The position numbers were made by a program, and so were the translations under genes. Source: Eledone cirrhosa (Eukaryota). Taken from it: a stretch of DNA of 64,000 bases. The stretch lies in assembly GCA_964016885.1 (NCBI GenBank), contig OZ024740.1, positions 434,186,001-434,250,000 of the forward strand. The letters are read 5' to 3'. The notes below the pieces were generated by a model. That model saw only the letters and a list, made by a program, of their open reading frames with translations, was not told the DNA's origin and did not search any database. Within the stretch, counting starts at the first letter, position 1; each line of letters begins with the position of its first letter. Positions 10,524-22,217 of this stretch are shown here, in pieces.

Positions 10524-12608
10524 TTGTTATACTTGGGGAGGGTCATATTTGTGTAATATTGCCAGAATTAATAACAGAACACACTCACTGTTTGGTTGGT
10601 TTTCGCCTCTGTGTCTTTTGTGTTGGTTAATTTAATTTATTCGGTCCTCAATGTTGCCATTGACTGACCAACAGTCAAAAATACAGATACAATATAGACA
10701 CAAACACATATATATAGTCTATCTATAAGTTCTTTCGTTGCACATCTGCAACATCGTCAGTGGTGCTATTATGTTTCCTCCCGTTGCATTGTATGTCTAC
10801 GCCATCTTTATTTAGTTTGTTTATTTTTATTTATTTTTTTTCTCTTCTCTGCGCATGCGTTTGCCTGTGTGTATAGTGTTTTGTTTGATGTGTGTTCATG
10901 TTTGGGTGACTGTGTATTGGTTATTGATTTCTATCTTAGTTTAGCTCCATAGAACTCATCATGTACTCTTGTTACATAGGCGACATCAATATAGTAATAA
11001 GGACATCCCCACAAGAGAGCACTAACAAGTTTGATTTAGAACGTAGCACAATGGAAAGCATCCAGCAGATAGCTAATGCCATACACCAGAGTATAACTAA
11101 CTATCGACTACCCTTCCAAACACCCTAACAATAGACTACCTGTATTAGACATGGGACTCTGGATTAACACTACAAACGAGAGAGCCCAAATTCTCCACTC
11201 ACACTATGCTAAACCCATGGCCTCCAAATACCGGATACTCAAAAACTTAGCAATGTCCAGTAGTGCTAAGTTTAATATTCTGATCGCAGACTTGGTACGA
11301 GTGATGAAGAACGTGTCCCGCATGTGCGACCAAACAGAAATAGAAAGACACATCCAACACTTTATCAACCGCATGCAGTTCTCTGGCTACAACCAAAGAG
11401 ACAGAATCAGAGTATACGAAGAAGCAATGGAGAAGTATAAGACCCTCATAGAACTGGACATGAAAGGAATTTTCCCATTATACAGGAGCAAATCATGGAA
11501 TAGCTTAGATAGGACTAGACATAAGCTAGGGAAGCCACCTCATGGTACGACAACCAGAGATACCAGAGTGTCATGTTTGTGGACGCTACCCCTGGAGGGA
11601 AATTAGCTAACCAGTGTAGAAAGGCCCTGAGAAAGACCCACTTAAAGATTAAGGTGGTAGAAAAGCCAGGAACCACCATAAAATCCCTGATCAGCAAAAC
11701 CTACCCTTTTAAGAAAACCCACTGTACTAATAGGAAATGTATTATATGTAAGGTAAACCCCCGGATAAACTGTAAAACTAGAAACGTAGTCTATAGCATA
11801 AGATGTACAGAGGGTACTTGCAGAAACATGACAACAACATACATAGGCGAGACAGCTAGTAGCATAGGTGAAAGATAGACCAACACTGGGGGGAACTAAA
11901 AGGACGAAAAATGGTTCAGTACTATACGAACATGCCAGACAACAACACGACAGTAACATAGACAACATAGAAATTAGAATAATATCTAAACATAGAAATG
12001 ACCCAGCAGATAGGCAAATCAGAGAGGCCAGTGAAATAGAACTTAAAAGGCCAAGGCTAAACAGAAAAAATGAATGGAATAACAACAACAACACCCAAAC
12101 AAACAACACTGACCTAAGAGAAGTATAAATAAATAAATAAATACATACACAAGCACAATAACAACAAACACATATAAACACACACTAGTAAACTAAGGTA
12201 GAAATCAATAACCAATACACAGTCACCCAAACACGAACACACATAAAACAAAACACTATACACACACGCAAACGCATGCGCAGAGAAGACAAAAAAATAA
12301 ACAAATAAAAAAACAGACTAAATAAAGATGGCGTAGGTATATAATGCAACGGGGGGAAACATAATAGCACCACTGACGATGTTGCAGATGTGCAACGAAA
12401 TAACTTTGATAGACTATATATGTGTTTGTGTCTATATTGTATCTGTATTTTTGACCGTTGGTCAGTCAATGGTAACATTGAAGACCGAATAAATTAAATT
12501 AACCGATATAAAACACACAGAAGCGAAAACCAACCAAACAGTGAGTGTGTTCTGTTATGAATTCTGGCAATATTATTACACAAATATGACCCTCCCCAAG
12601 TATAACAA
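10524..12608 (+). mobile_element. 5'-truncated Penelope-like retroelement (RT thumb plus GIY-YIG endonuclease, frameshifted) with ~420-bp inverted pseudo-LTRs
   Basis: ORFs 11151-12128 give HYAKPMAS...FSGY, then CKTRNVVYSIRC...YIGET...YEH...R.IREA.EI...LN (GIY-YIG). 10524-10943 is the reverse complement of 12189-12608. Confidence 0.88.
12373..12390 (+). ncRNA. Degenerate hammerhead core in the Penelope pseudo-LTR (mirror copy near 10735-10760 on the - strand)
   Basis: CTGACGA-T-GTTGCA(GATG)TGCAAC-GAAA begins here; no clear stem I or III pairing found. Confidence 0.45.
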
Positions 12609-12656
12609 TATTTGTTTCGACACGATTTCATATCAAAAACCTCGCAAAACTATATA

Positions 12657-12732
<76 letters not shown>

Positions 12733-13149
12733 TATATAGATATATAGAGAGAGAGATTAGAGCAAACATCACGGGCGCTCTATCTCAAAATTATTTTTGA
12801 AAAGCATTAGAAATGCGCAACCGGTAACAACTTAAAACTAAAACTGAATACTAACCAATACTTACTACTAATTTATACTTATTCCTAATTAAACTATTTT
12901 TCACTGGGAAAAATTTGTCACCATTTTCTTTTCCTTTGACTAATATATATATATATAACGTGTAATATACTGATATACAGTATATAGAGGTATATATAAG
13001 ATGTAATATAGAGGTATATATAACATGTAATAATGAATTTAAATACTGTAAAACTAATGACAATAAATTGTTAAAGAAAAAAAGTTCTTTTCCAATTGTC
13101 TGAAAGCAGAGTGGTATCCCTGCCATGGGTAGGGCTTCGATTTGTTTTT

Positions 13150-13335
13150 ATACTGCAAAGAAGGAACCTTTTTTTATGCTACAAAAGAAGGGACCCTATT
13201 TTTATGCTACAAAAGAAGAGACCCTATTTTTATGCTACAAAAGAACGAACCCTATTTTTATGCTACTAAAGAAGGGACCCTATTTTTATGCTACTAAAGA
13301 AGGGACCCTATTTTTATGCTACTAAAGAAGGAATT
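13150..13335. repeat. 28-bp minisatellite (AAAGAAGGGACCCTATTTTTATGCTACT), about 6 copies
   Basis: Direct inspection. Confidence 0.9.
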
Positions 13336-13439
13336 TAAAACTGAGACAAATTATTTTTCCTTCTTGAGACTCTTCATATCTGCTGAAGTTTGTAAGTAGG
13401 ATGTTAGTAAGTTGGAGACTTGTTGTATATATATGTATT

Positions 13440-13693
13440 CATCATCATCATCATCATCATCAGGTTTAGCGTCCGTGTTCCACGCTTGCATGGGTTTGGA
13501 CGGGGGTTTTCCCACTTGAGGCAAGAGTGGTTGTCTTGCTCGCATAGGACTGTCTGGCAGGTTTTCTACAGTTGGATGCCCTTCCTAACACCAACCACAT
13601 TTACAGTGTGGGGCTGGGAGGTTTTTACCGTGTTGCCTACACGGCCACATTACAGCGTGGACTGTCTGGCGGGTTTTCTACAGCTGGATGCCC
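13440..13693 (-). mobile_element. RTE subfamily A 3'-end fragment with (ATG)n tail
   Basis: Matches the 3' UTR of the element at 17543-21876. Confidence 0.9.
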
Positions 13694-14142
13694 TATTATC
13701 TGTGTATATATATATATATGTATATATATTGTCTGTGTATATATATATGTATTGTCTGTATACATATATATATATATATATATATGTATTGTCTGTGTAT
13801 ATATATATATATATGTATTGTCTGTGTATATATATATATATATGTATTGTCTGTGTATACATATATATATGTATTGTCTGTATATATATATATATGTATT
13901 GTCTGTGTATATATATATATGTATTGTCTGTGTATATATATATGTATTGTCTGTGTATATATATGTATATATGTATTGTCTGTGTATATATATGTATATA
14001 TATTGTCTGTATATATATATATGTATTGTCTGTATACATATATATATATGTATTGTCTGTGTATATATATTGTCTGTATATATATATATATGTATTGTCT
14101 GTGTATATATATGTATATATATTGTCTGTATATATATATATA

Positions 14143-14427
14143 ACATCCAGTCCGAAATAAATGAGGTTGTGTAGGTGTCACGACAATAAAAACCCGCCAC
14201 ACAGTCCATGCTGTAATGTGGCCGTGTAGGCAACACGGTAAAAGCCTCCCAGCCCCACACTGTAAATGTGGTTGGTGTTAGGAAGGGCATCCAACTGTAG
14301 AAAACCCGCCAGACAGTCCTATGCGAGCAAGACAATCACTCTTGCCTCAAGTGGGACTACCCCCGTCCAAACCCATGCAAGCGTGGAACACGGACGTTAA
14401 ACGATGATGATGATGATGATGATGATG
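14143..14427 (+). mobile_element. RTE subfamily A 3'-end fragment with (ATG)n tail
   Basis: Ends GGAACACGGACGTTAAACGATGATG...; homologous to the RTE-A 3' UTR. Confidence 0.9.
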
Positions 14428-15264
14428 TATTGTCTGTGTATATATATATATATGTATTGTCTGTGTATATATATATATATATATATATGTATTGTCTGTG
14501 TATATATATATATGTATTGTCTGTGTATATATATATATATGTATTGTCTGTGTATATATATATATATATATGTATTGTCTGTGTATATATATATATATAT
14601 ATGTATTGTCTGTGTATATATATATGTATTGTCTGTCTATATATATATATATATATGTATTGTCTGTGTATATATATATATATGTATTGTCTGTGTATAT
14701 ATATATATATATATATGTATTGTGCGGAGATTCATTTGGTCTCCTAGTTAGAATTTTGGTCTACGACTTCTGCTATACCATTTACGTGGTTGTGTCTTTG
14801 CGCGCTATTGTTCTCCACGCTCCACATATGACGTATTATCTTTGCTTTTTTGTTCATTGCCAGAGAACGTCTCTATGCACCACCTAAGAGAACATTAGTC
14901 TACGACCTCTTTTATACCATAAACGTGGTTCTGTCTTTGCGTGTAATTGTTTTTCACCGCTCCTATTAATGACATATTTTTCATTTTTTCCCGTTCTTTG
15001 CCAGGGAACGTTTCCACGAACCAAAGTATCGTTTTTTTGAAATATCCACTTCTGCGTTTACAGATTGACTTTGTTAGTTTCAGAAGATCCCGTTAAGGGT
15101 GAAAGCAGCGATTCTTTGCTTAAACTTTAATCTGTTATTTTAATAAATATTGTCTGTATATATATATATATATATATATGTATTGTCTGCGTATATATAT
15201 ATATATATATATATATATTGTCTGTATATATATATATGTATTGTCTGTGTATATATATGTATTG

Positions 15265-15305
<41 letters not shown>

Positions 15306-15400
15306 TGTCTGTTTACATATATATATGTATTGTCTGTGTATGTATATGTATATATATTGTCTGTATATATATATATGTATTGTCTGTGTATATATGTATT

Positions 15401-17506
15401 TGACGCTGATAAGAAGGTAGCTTGGAAGTGTCACTATGAAAGGCTACTAAATGAGGAGAATAAGTGGGAGAAAGATAGTCTCCCCCAGATCGATCCAATA
15501 GAGGGACCAGCAGTGTTAGTTGAAGGTAGTAAAATAAGTAAGGCAATCAAAGATATGAAGACGGGTAAGGCGGCTGGGCCTTCGGAAATAGTTGCTGAGA
15601 TGCTGAAAGCATCTGAAACGGTGGGACACACTATGGTCACCCGGATAGTAAACGAAGTCATACAGAATGGGGCCGTTCCGAAGGACTGGCGTAGCAGCAT
15701 CATCATTAACTGCTACAAGGGTAAAGGAGATGCTCTTGATAGGGATAACTATAAAGGCATTAAATTAATCGACCAGGTCACGAAGGTCACAGAAAAAGTA
15801 ATAGCGCAACTAATCAGAGAGAGAATTTATCTAGATGAAATGCAGTTCGGGTTTGTGTCAGGTAAAAGTACAACAGACGCTCTTTTCATTGTACAACAAC
15901 TACAGGAGAAGTACCTAGCTAAAAGTAAACCCCTATACTTAGCCTTTGTCGACTTGGAGAAAGCATTCGACAGAGTCCCCCGTTCCATTATCTGATGGGC
16001 TCTTAGAAAACTAGGTGTTGATGAATGGCTTGTGAGAGCTATACAAGCCATGTATAAAGAAACAGTCAGCAAGTTAACAACGAATATAGTGAAGAGTTTA
16101 GCGTAAAAGTTGGTGTTCATCAGGGCTCCGTTCTTAGCCCCCTACTATTTATTATTGCCCTTCAGGCTATAACAGTGGAGTTCAAGACCGGCTGCCCATG
16201 GGAACTCCTATACGCAGATGATCTAACGCTCATAGCTGAATCAATGGCCGAGCTAGAGAAGAAATTCCAAACATGGAAGCACGGCCTAGAATCAAAAGGC
16301 CTTAAAGTTAACTTGTCTAAGACTAAAGTTCTAGTTTGTAGGAAGGAAAATAGGGCACCGGTCCCATCTGGAAAATGGCCATGTTCAGTGTGTAGGAAAG
16401 GAGTAGGTAGAAACTCTATTTTATGTCCCAAATGCAAAGTATGGGTGCATAAAAGATGTAGTGGGATCACAGGTAAGCTAACTAAGAATATAGATTTTAT
16501 ATGTGGCCGGTGCTCTGGTGCAATAAGTAGCAGCAAGTGCCCACAGAATACTAGCTCATTCCATTGCACAGATGGTTCTATAGAAATAGTGGACACCTTC
16601 CGTTACCTGGGCGACAAAATTAGCAGTGGGGGAGGGTGCTCTGAAAGTACAGTAGCTGGAATCAGAACGGGATGGAAAAAGTTCAGAGAGCTTATACCAC
16701 TATTGGCCGCTAAAGGGTTCTCTCTAAAAATGACAGGCAGGCTGTATGATGCCTGCATACGAACATCAATGTTACATGGCAGTGAGACCTGCTCCGCTGG
16801 ATGTGTAATAGTAATATACGTGAATGGCAAAGCATAAACGAACTAAGGAAGAAATTAGAAATAAGAGGAATCAGATGTTGTTTACTCGAGAGAAGACTAC
16901 GTTGGTATGGTCACGTGATGCGCATGAAAGACGACAGCTGGATAAAGAAGTGCAGGGCGATAAAAATAGACGGTAGCCACGGAGTTGGCAGACTCAGAAA
17001 ACCCTGGGACGACTTGATAATTCCGACCTCACACACTTACACCTCTCCAAGACAATGTCACTGGACCGAGATCTTTGGCGGTACTCAGTAATAGAGAAGA
17101 CCCGCCTTACCTAAATACAAAGTAAAACCTACTACAGTCAGTAGGCACCTCTAACAAAATACCCCCCCTCCCACTACCACCACGCCATCCACCCCCCACC
17201 CACCCCTTAAATGTGAAGGTATGTTGGTACCACAACATCCAGTCGGAAATAAATGAGGTTGTGTAGGTGTCACGACAAAAAAAACACCCAGTCCACGCTG
17301 TAAATGTGGCCGTGTAGGCAACACAGTAAAAACCTCCCAGCCCCACACCGTAAACGTGGTTGTTGGTGTTAGGAAGGGTATCCAGCTGTAGAAAACCCGC
17401 CAGACAGTCCTATGCGAGCAAGACAACCAATCTTGCCTCAAGTGGGAAAACTCCCGTCCAAACCCATGCAAGCGTTGAACATGGACGTTAAACGATGATG
17501 ATGATG
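15401..17506 (+). mobile_element. 5'-truncated, disrupted RTE subfamily A LINE
   Basis: RT motifs (DLEKAFD, HQGSVLSP, YADD) and PHD finger present; nonsense codon at 15993 and small deletions; (ATG)n tail. Confidence 0.95.
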
Positions 17507-17542
17507 TCTGTGTATATATATATATGTATTGTCTGTATTCAT

Positions 17543-20500
17543 ATCATCATCATCATCAACGTTTAACGTCCGTGTTCCACGCTTGCATGGGTTTGGACGG
17601 GGGTAGTCCCACTTGAGGCAAGAGTGATTGTCTTGCTCGCATAGGACTGTCTGGCAGGTTTTCTACAGTTGGATGCCCTTCCTAACACCAACCACATTTA
17701 CAGTGTGGGTCTGGGAGGTTTTTACCGTGTTGCCTACACGGCCACATTACAGCGTGGACTGTGTGTTTTTTGTCGTGACACCTACACGATCTCATTTGTT
17801 TCGGCCTGGGTGGTGTGGCACCAACACAACTTTACATAGAACTGGGTGGCGTGGATGGGTTGGGGGGGGGGTATTTTGTGAGAGATGCCTACTGGCTGGA
17901 GTAGGTTTTACTATGTATTTAGGTAAGGCGGGTCTTCTCTGTTACTGAGTACCGCCAAAGGTCTCGGTCCAGTGACATTGTCTTGGAGAGGTGTAAGTGT
18001 GTGAGGTCGGAGTTTATCAGCTCGTTCCAGGTTTTTCTAGGTCTGCCTATTCCGTGGCTACCGTCTATCTTTATTGCCCTGCACTTTGTTATACAGCTAT
18101 CGACTTTCATGCGCATCACGTGTCCATACCAACGTAGCCTTCTCTCGAGTAAACAACATCTGATCCCTCTTATTTCTAATTTTTTCCTTAGTTCGTTTAT
18201 GCTTTGCCGTTCACGTATATTACTGTTACACATCCAGCGGAGCATGCAAGCTTCGTTCCTCTCTAGTCTGCGTATATCCTCTGCACACAATGCCCAGGTC
18301 TCACTGCCATGCAACATTGCTGTTCGTATGCAGGCATCGTACAACCTGCCTTTCATTTTTAGGGAGAACCCTTTAGCGGCTAATAGTGGTATAAGCTCTC
18401 TGAACTTTTTCCAACCAGTTCTGACTCTAGCTACAGTACTTTCAGAGCACCCTCCCCCACTGCTGATTTTATCGCCCAGGTAACGGAAGCTGTCCACTAT
18501 TTCTATAGAACCCTCTGCGCAATTGAAAGAGCTAGTATTTTGTGGGCACTTGCTGCTACTTATTGCACCAGAACACCGGCCACATGTAAAATCTATGTTC
18601 TTAGTTAGCTTACCTGTGATCCCACTACATCTTTTATGCACCCATACTTTGCATTTAGGACATAAAATGGAGTTTCTACCTACGCCTTTCCTACACACCG
18701 AGCACGACCATTTCCCAGAAGGGACCGCCGCCTTGTTTTCTTTCCTACAAACTAGAACTTTGGTCTTAACCAGGTTAATTTTAAGTCCTTTTGACTCTAG
18801 GCCGTGCTTCCATGTTTGGAATTTCTTCTCTAGCTCGGCCATTGATTCCGCTATGAGTGTCAGGTCGTCTGCGTATAGGAGTTCCCATGGGCAGCCTGTC
18901 TTGAACTCCTCTGTTATAGCCTGAAGGGCAATAATAAATAGTAGGGGGCTGAGAACAGAGCCCTGATGGACGCCAACTTTTACGCTAAACTCTTCACTAT
19001 ATTCGTTGTTAATTCTAACCTTGCTGACTGTTTCTTTATACATGGCTTGTATAGCCCTCACAAGCCAATCGTCAACGCCTAGTTTTCTAAGAGCCCACCA
19101 GATAATGGAGCGGGGGACTCTGTCGAAGGCTTTCTCCAAGTCGACAAAAGCTAAGTAGAGGGGTTTACCTTTAGCTAGGTACTTCTCCTGTAGTTGTCGT
19201 ACTATGAAAAGAGCGTCTGTGGTACTTTTGCCTGACACAAACCCGAACTGCATTTCATCTAGGTCAATTCTCTCTCTGATTAGTTGCGCTATTACTTTTT
19301 CCGTGACCTTCATGACCTGGTCGATTAATTTAATGCCTCTATAGTTACTCCTATCTAGGGCGTCTCCTTTACCCTTATAACAGTTAACGATGATGCTGCT
19401 ATGCCAGTCCTTCGGAACAACCCCATTCTGTACGACTTGGTTAACTATGCGGGTGACCATGGTGTGTCCCACCGTGCCAGATGCCTTCAGCATCTCAGCA
19501 ACTATTTCCGAAGGCCCAGCCGCCTTACCCGTCTTCATATCCTTGATTGCCTTACTTATTATACTCCCCTCGACTAACACTGCTGGTCCCTCTATTGGGT
19601 CGATATGGGGGAGACTGTCTTTCTCCCATTTATTCTCCTCATTTAGTAGCCTTTCATAGTGACACTTCCAAGCTACCTTCTTATCAGCGTCGGTGATGGC
19701 AAGTGTGCCATCGTCGTTTAGTACACACTTCTCCTCGACAATATCACGGTTTTCCTTGACACATTGCCTAGCAATCCTGAACACCTCACGTTTTTGGTCA
19801 TCGCGTTGTAGAACATGCTTGAACTTTCTTTCCTCAGCTTCCCTTCTTGCTAAGTACACTTGTCTCCTAGCTTCCCTCCTGGCCACTTGATAGTCTTCTC
19901 TACTTCCCCCATCCCGCCATACTTTCCAAGCCTGCTTTTTGGCCTTAATTGACCCCTCCACCTTACTGTTCCACCACCATGTTACTCTCCTCCTGCCTAC
20001 AGGCCTGCTCCAGCCACAGACTTCGTCTGTCGCCAACAGCAGGTTTGCTTTCAGAAATTCCCACTCTCCCTCTATATTGTCCGACTCTAAATGTTCTTCC
20101 TTACTGTCGAAAGCATCAAGTAATATGCTTTGAAATTTATTCCTGGCTGTGGGGTCCTTTAGCTTCCATATTTTTCTCCTGAGGATAGTCCTCTTCTGCT
20201 GTCGAGTACGTCTCGTCCTGACTATGAGGTCGCTAATTATCAGTCTATGTTGGGAGGTGCATTCTTCATGGGGGAGGGATTTAGTGTTTACAACAGACAC
20301 TCTGTCACGTCTTCTGGTAAGGATATAATCTACCTGGCTTGTGTGTTCCCCGGATCTATAGGTGATCAGGTGATTGTCACGTTTTTTGAAGTTAGTGTTA
20401 CAGATAGTTAGGTTATTTGCATCACAGAATTCCAGGATTCTGAAGCCTTCCTCATTTCTAGTACCAAACCCATATCCTCCATGGATTTCGTCGTAGCCGT

Positions 20501-21876
20501 CACAATGTTGTCCAACGTGACCATTTAGGTCGCCTGCAATAATTATATAGTCACTGTCGGATATTTGGGAGGTAGTTAGCATCAGTGTCTCATAGAATCT
20601 GTCTTTTATAGTGCCGGGCAGTCCGGATTGGGGTGCGTACGCAGATATTACTGTCACCGTAGTTCTATTGAGGACAAGTCGTATTTTAATTATTCTGTCG
20701 TTCACTCTATTTACGTCTATTATCTTATCTGCCCACTTTTCAGCTACCATGATTCCTACTCCACCCAGCCCATCGTCGTTTCCCACCCAGAAAAGCTTAT
20801 AACATCGTTTTTTACCCTCAATGAACCTAGCAGACCCACCCCTCCACCTGGTCTCTTGAATACAACAAACATCGACCTCCTTACGTTCAAGCATTTCTAC
20901 AACCTCGTTAGCGCGACCCTTTAGGGTGCCTACATTTATGGTACCAACTCTGAAGTTTTGGATTGCGTTTGGGGGTTGGGGGCGGTGGGGGGCGGGGGGC
21001 GATGGGGTTATGTTAGCCGTCCGCGGTCGAAACAATGAGGAGTGCTCGCATTCTCGTCCAAGAGGTGAATTTGTCTTTATCTTTGGCATTGTCGCTGAGC
21101 GTCCAGATTTTTCTCTCTCTCTCCTCCACTCTCCAGGATTCCGCAGTCCATCCATCCATCATATATCGAAAGGCAACCCGGCAAGCGATAGTATAGGCCT
21201 CTGGCTTCTGATTGGTCCGCGTAATAATAATACTGGTGATGCGTGGGGGCTCTGGCTTATGATTGGTCCACGTAATAGCAATGGTGGTGCGTGGGGGCGC
21301 GAGGGAGGGGTGTTGGGTAGCTAGATAGAAGGTAATGATTGAATGGGGTCCTTGCACATTTAACAAGCGATTAACAAAAATACAAAATTTGTTCTGTTCA
21401 ATACGACCAAAAACTTTCGTATCTAACAATTAATAAATACAAAAAATGTAGATTGTTTTAGCGATAGATTGGCTATTTGGACTTGATACGAAATATGGAG
21501 TGTGGAGGTAGAGATGAAGGAAAATATGTACATTACGTTACATGAATATCGTGGAGTTGACAGCAAAGCAATGAAATTTGGCGAAGTGAATTTCTATCAT
21601 ATATATATATATAGAGAGAGAGAGAGGGAGGGGGGGGGGGGTCGCATGATGATTGTGTGTATTGGGCGTTTGACCGCCATGCCTTCGAAGTAGCGGGTGG
21701 GGGTCGAGGAAGCGGGAGTTTCGAGTTTTGAAAGAAGGAAGAAGGAAAGGATTTTGTTTTTTGTTTTGAAAATACGCTAGAATTAGGAATTGAGGTTTGA
21801 AAATACGCTAGATTAAGAATTAAGGAATTTATAAGAAGGAGAAGAGATAGAAGGTAATGATTGAATGGGGTCCTTG
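17543..21876 (-). mobile_element. Apparently full-length RTE LINE (subfamily A)
   Basis: 5' UTR, single uninterrupted ORF, 3' UTR and (ATG)n tail; the 5' limit is either 21354 or 21876. Confidence 0.95.
17919..21155 (-). CDS. RTE LINE polyprotein: APE endonuclease + reverse transcriptase with an inserted PHD (C4HC3) finger
   Basis: 1078-aa intact ORF: GTINV..QETRW..YAPQ..GDLNGH..VDYIL..SQH (APE); YADD RT; CSVC..CPKC..H..C..CGRC. Confidence 0.95.
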   Translation of the reverse strand: MDGLRNPGEWRREREKSGRSATMPKIKTNSPLGRECEHSSLFRPRTANITPSPPAPHRPQPPNAIQNFRVGTINVGTLKGRANEVVEMLERKEVDVCCIQETRWRGGSARFIEGKKRCYKLFWVGNDDGLGGVGIMVAEKWADKIIDVNRVNDRIIKIRLVLNRTTVTVISAYAPQSGLPGTIKDRFYETLMLTTSQISDSDYIIIAGDLNGHVGQHCDGYDEIHGGYGFGTRNEEGFRILEFCDANNLTICNTNFKKRDNHLITYRSGEHTSQVDYILTRRRDRVSVVNTKSLPHEECTSQHRLIISDLIVRTRRTRQQKRTILRRKIWKLKDPTARNKFQSILLDAFDSKEEHLESDNIEGEWEFLKANLLLATDEVCGWSRPVGRRRVTWWWNSKVEGSIKAKKQAWKVWRDGGSREDYQVARREARRQVYLARREAEERKFKHVLQRDDQKREVFRIARQCVKENRDIVEEKCVLNDDGTLAITDADKKVAWKCHYERLLNEENKWEKDSLPHIDPIEGPAVLVEGSIISKAIKDMKTGKAAGPSEIVAEMLKASGTVGHTMVTRIVNQVVQNGVVPKDWHSSIIVNCYKGKGDALDRSNYRGIKLIDQVMKVTEKVIAQLIRERIDLDEMQFGFVSGKSTTDALFIVRQLQEKYLAKGKPLYLAFVDLEKAFDRVPRSIIWWALRKLGVDDWLVRAIQAMYKETVSKVRINNEYSEEFSVKVGVHQGSVLSPLLFIIALQAITEEFKTGCPWELLYADDLTLIAESMAELEKKFQTWKHGLESKGLKINLVKTKVLVCRKENKAAVPSGKWSCSVCRKGVGRNSILCPKCKVWVHKRCSGITGKLTKNIDFTCGRCSGAISSSKCPQNTSSFNCAEGSIEIVDSFRYLGDKISSGGGCSESTVARVRTGWKKFRELIPLLAAKGFSLKMKGRLYDACIRTAMLHGSETWALCAEDIRRLERNEACMLRWMCNSNIRERQSINELRKKLEIRGIRCCLLERRLRWYGHVMRMKVDSCITKCRAIKIDGSHGIGRPRKTWNELINSDLTHLHLSKTMSLDRDLWRYSVTEKTRLT

Positions 21877-22217
21877 ATTGTCTGTATATATATATATATA
21901 TGTATTGTCTGTGTATATATATATATTGTCTGTATATATATATATATGTATTGTCTGTGTATATATATGTATATATATTGTCTGTATATACATATATATA
22001 TGTATTGTCTGTATATATATATATATGTATTGTCTGTGTATATATATGTATATGTATTGTCTGTGTATATATATGTATTGTCTGTGTATATATATGTATA
22101 TATATTGTCTATGTATATATATGTATATATATTGTATGTATATATATATGTATTGTCTGTGTATATATATATATATGTATTGTCTGTGTATATATATATA
22201 TATGTATTGTCTGTGTA

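Noticed and set aside
17983-20924. Antisense ORFs over the RTE copies
   Set aside because: Shadow frames of the LINE ORF with no independent motifs.
17528-21887. 11-bp TSD ATTGTCTGTAT around the intact RTE
   Set aside because: It is the satellite unit itself, so it is uninformative.
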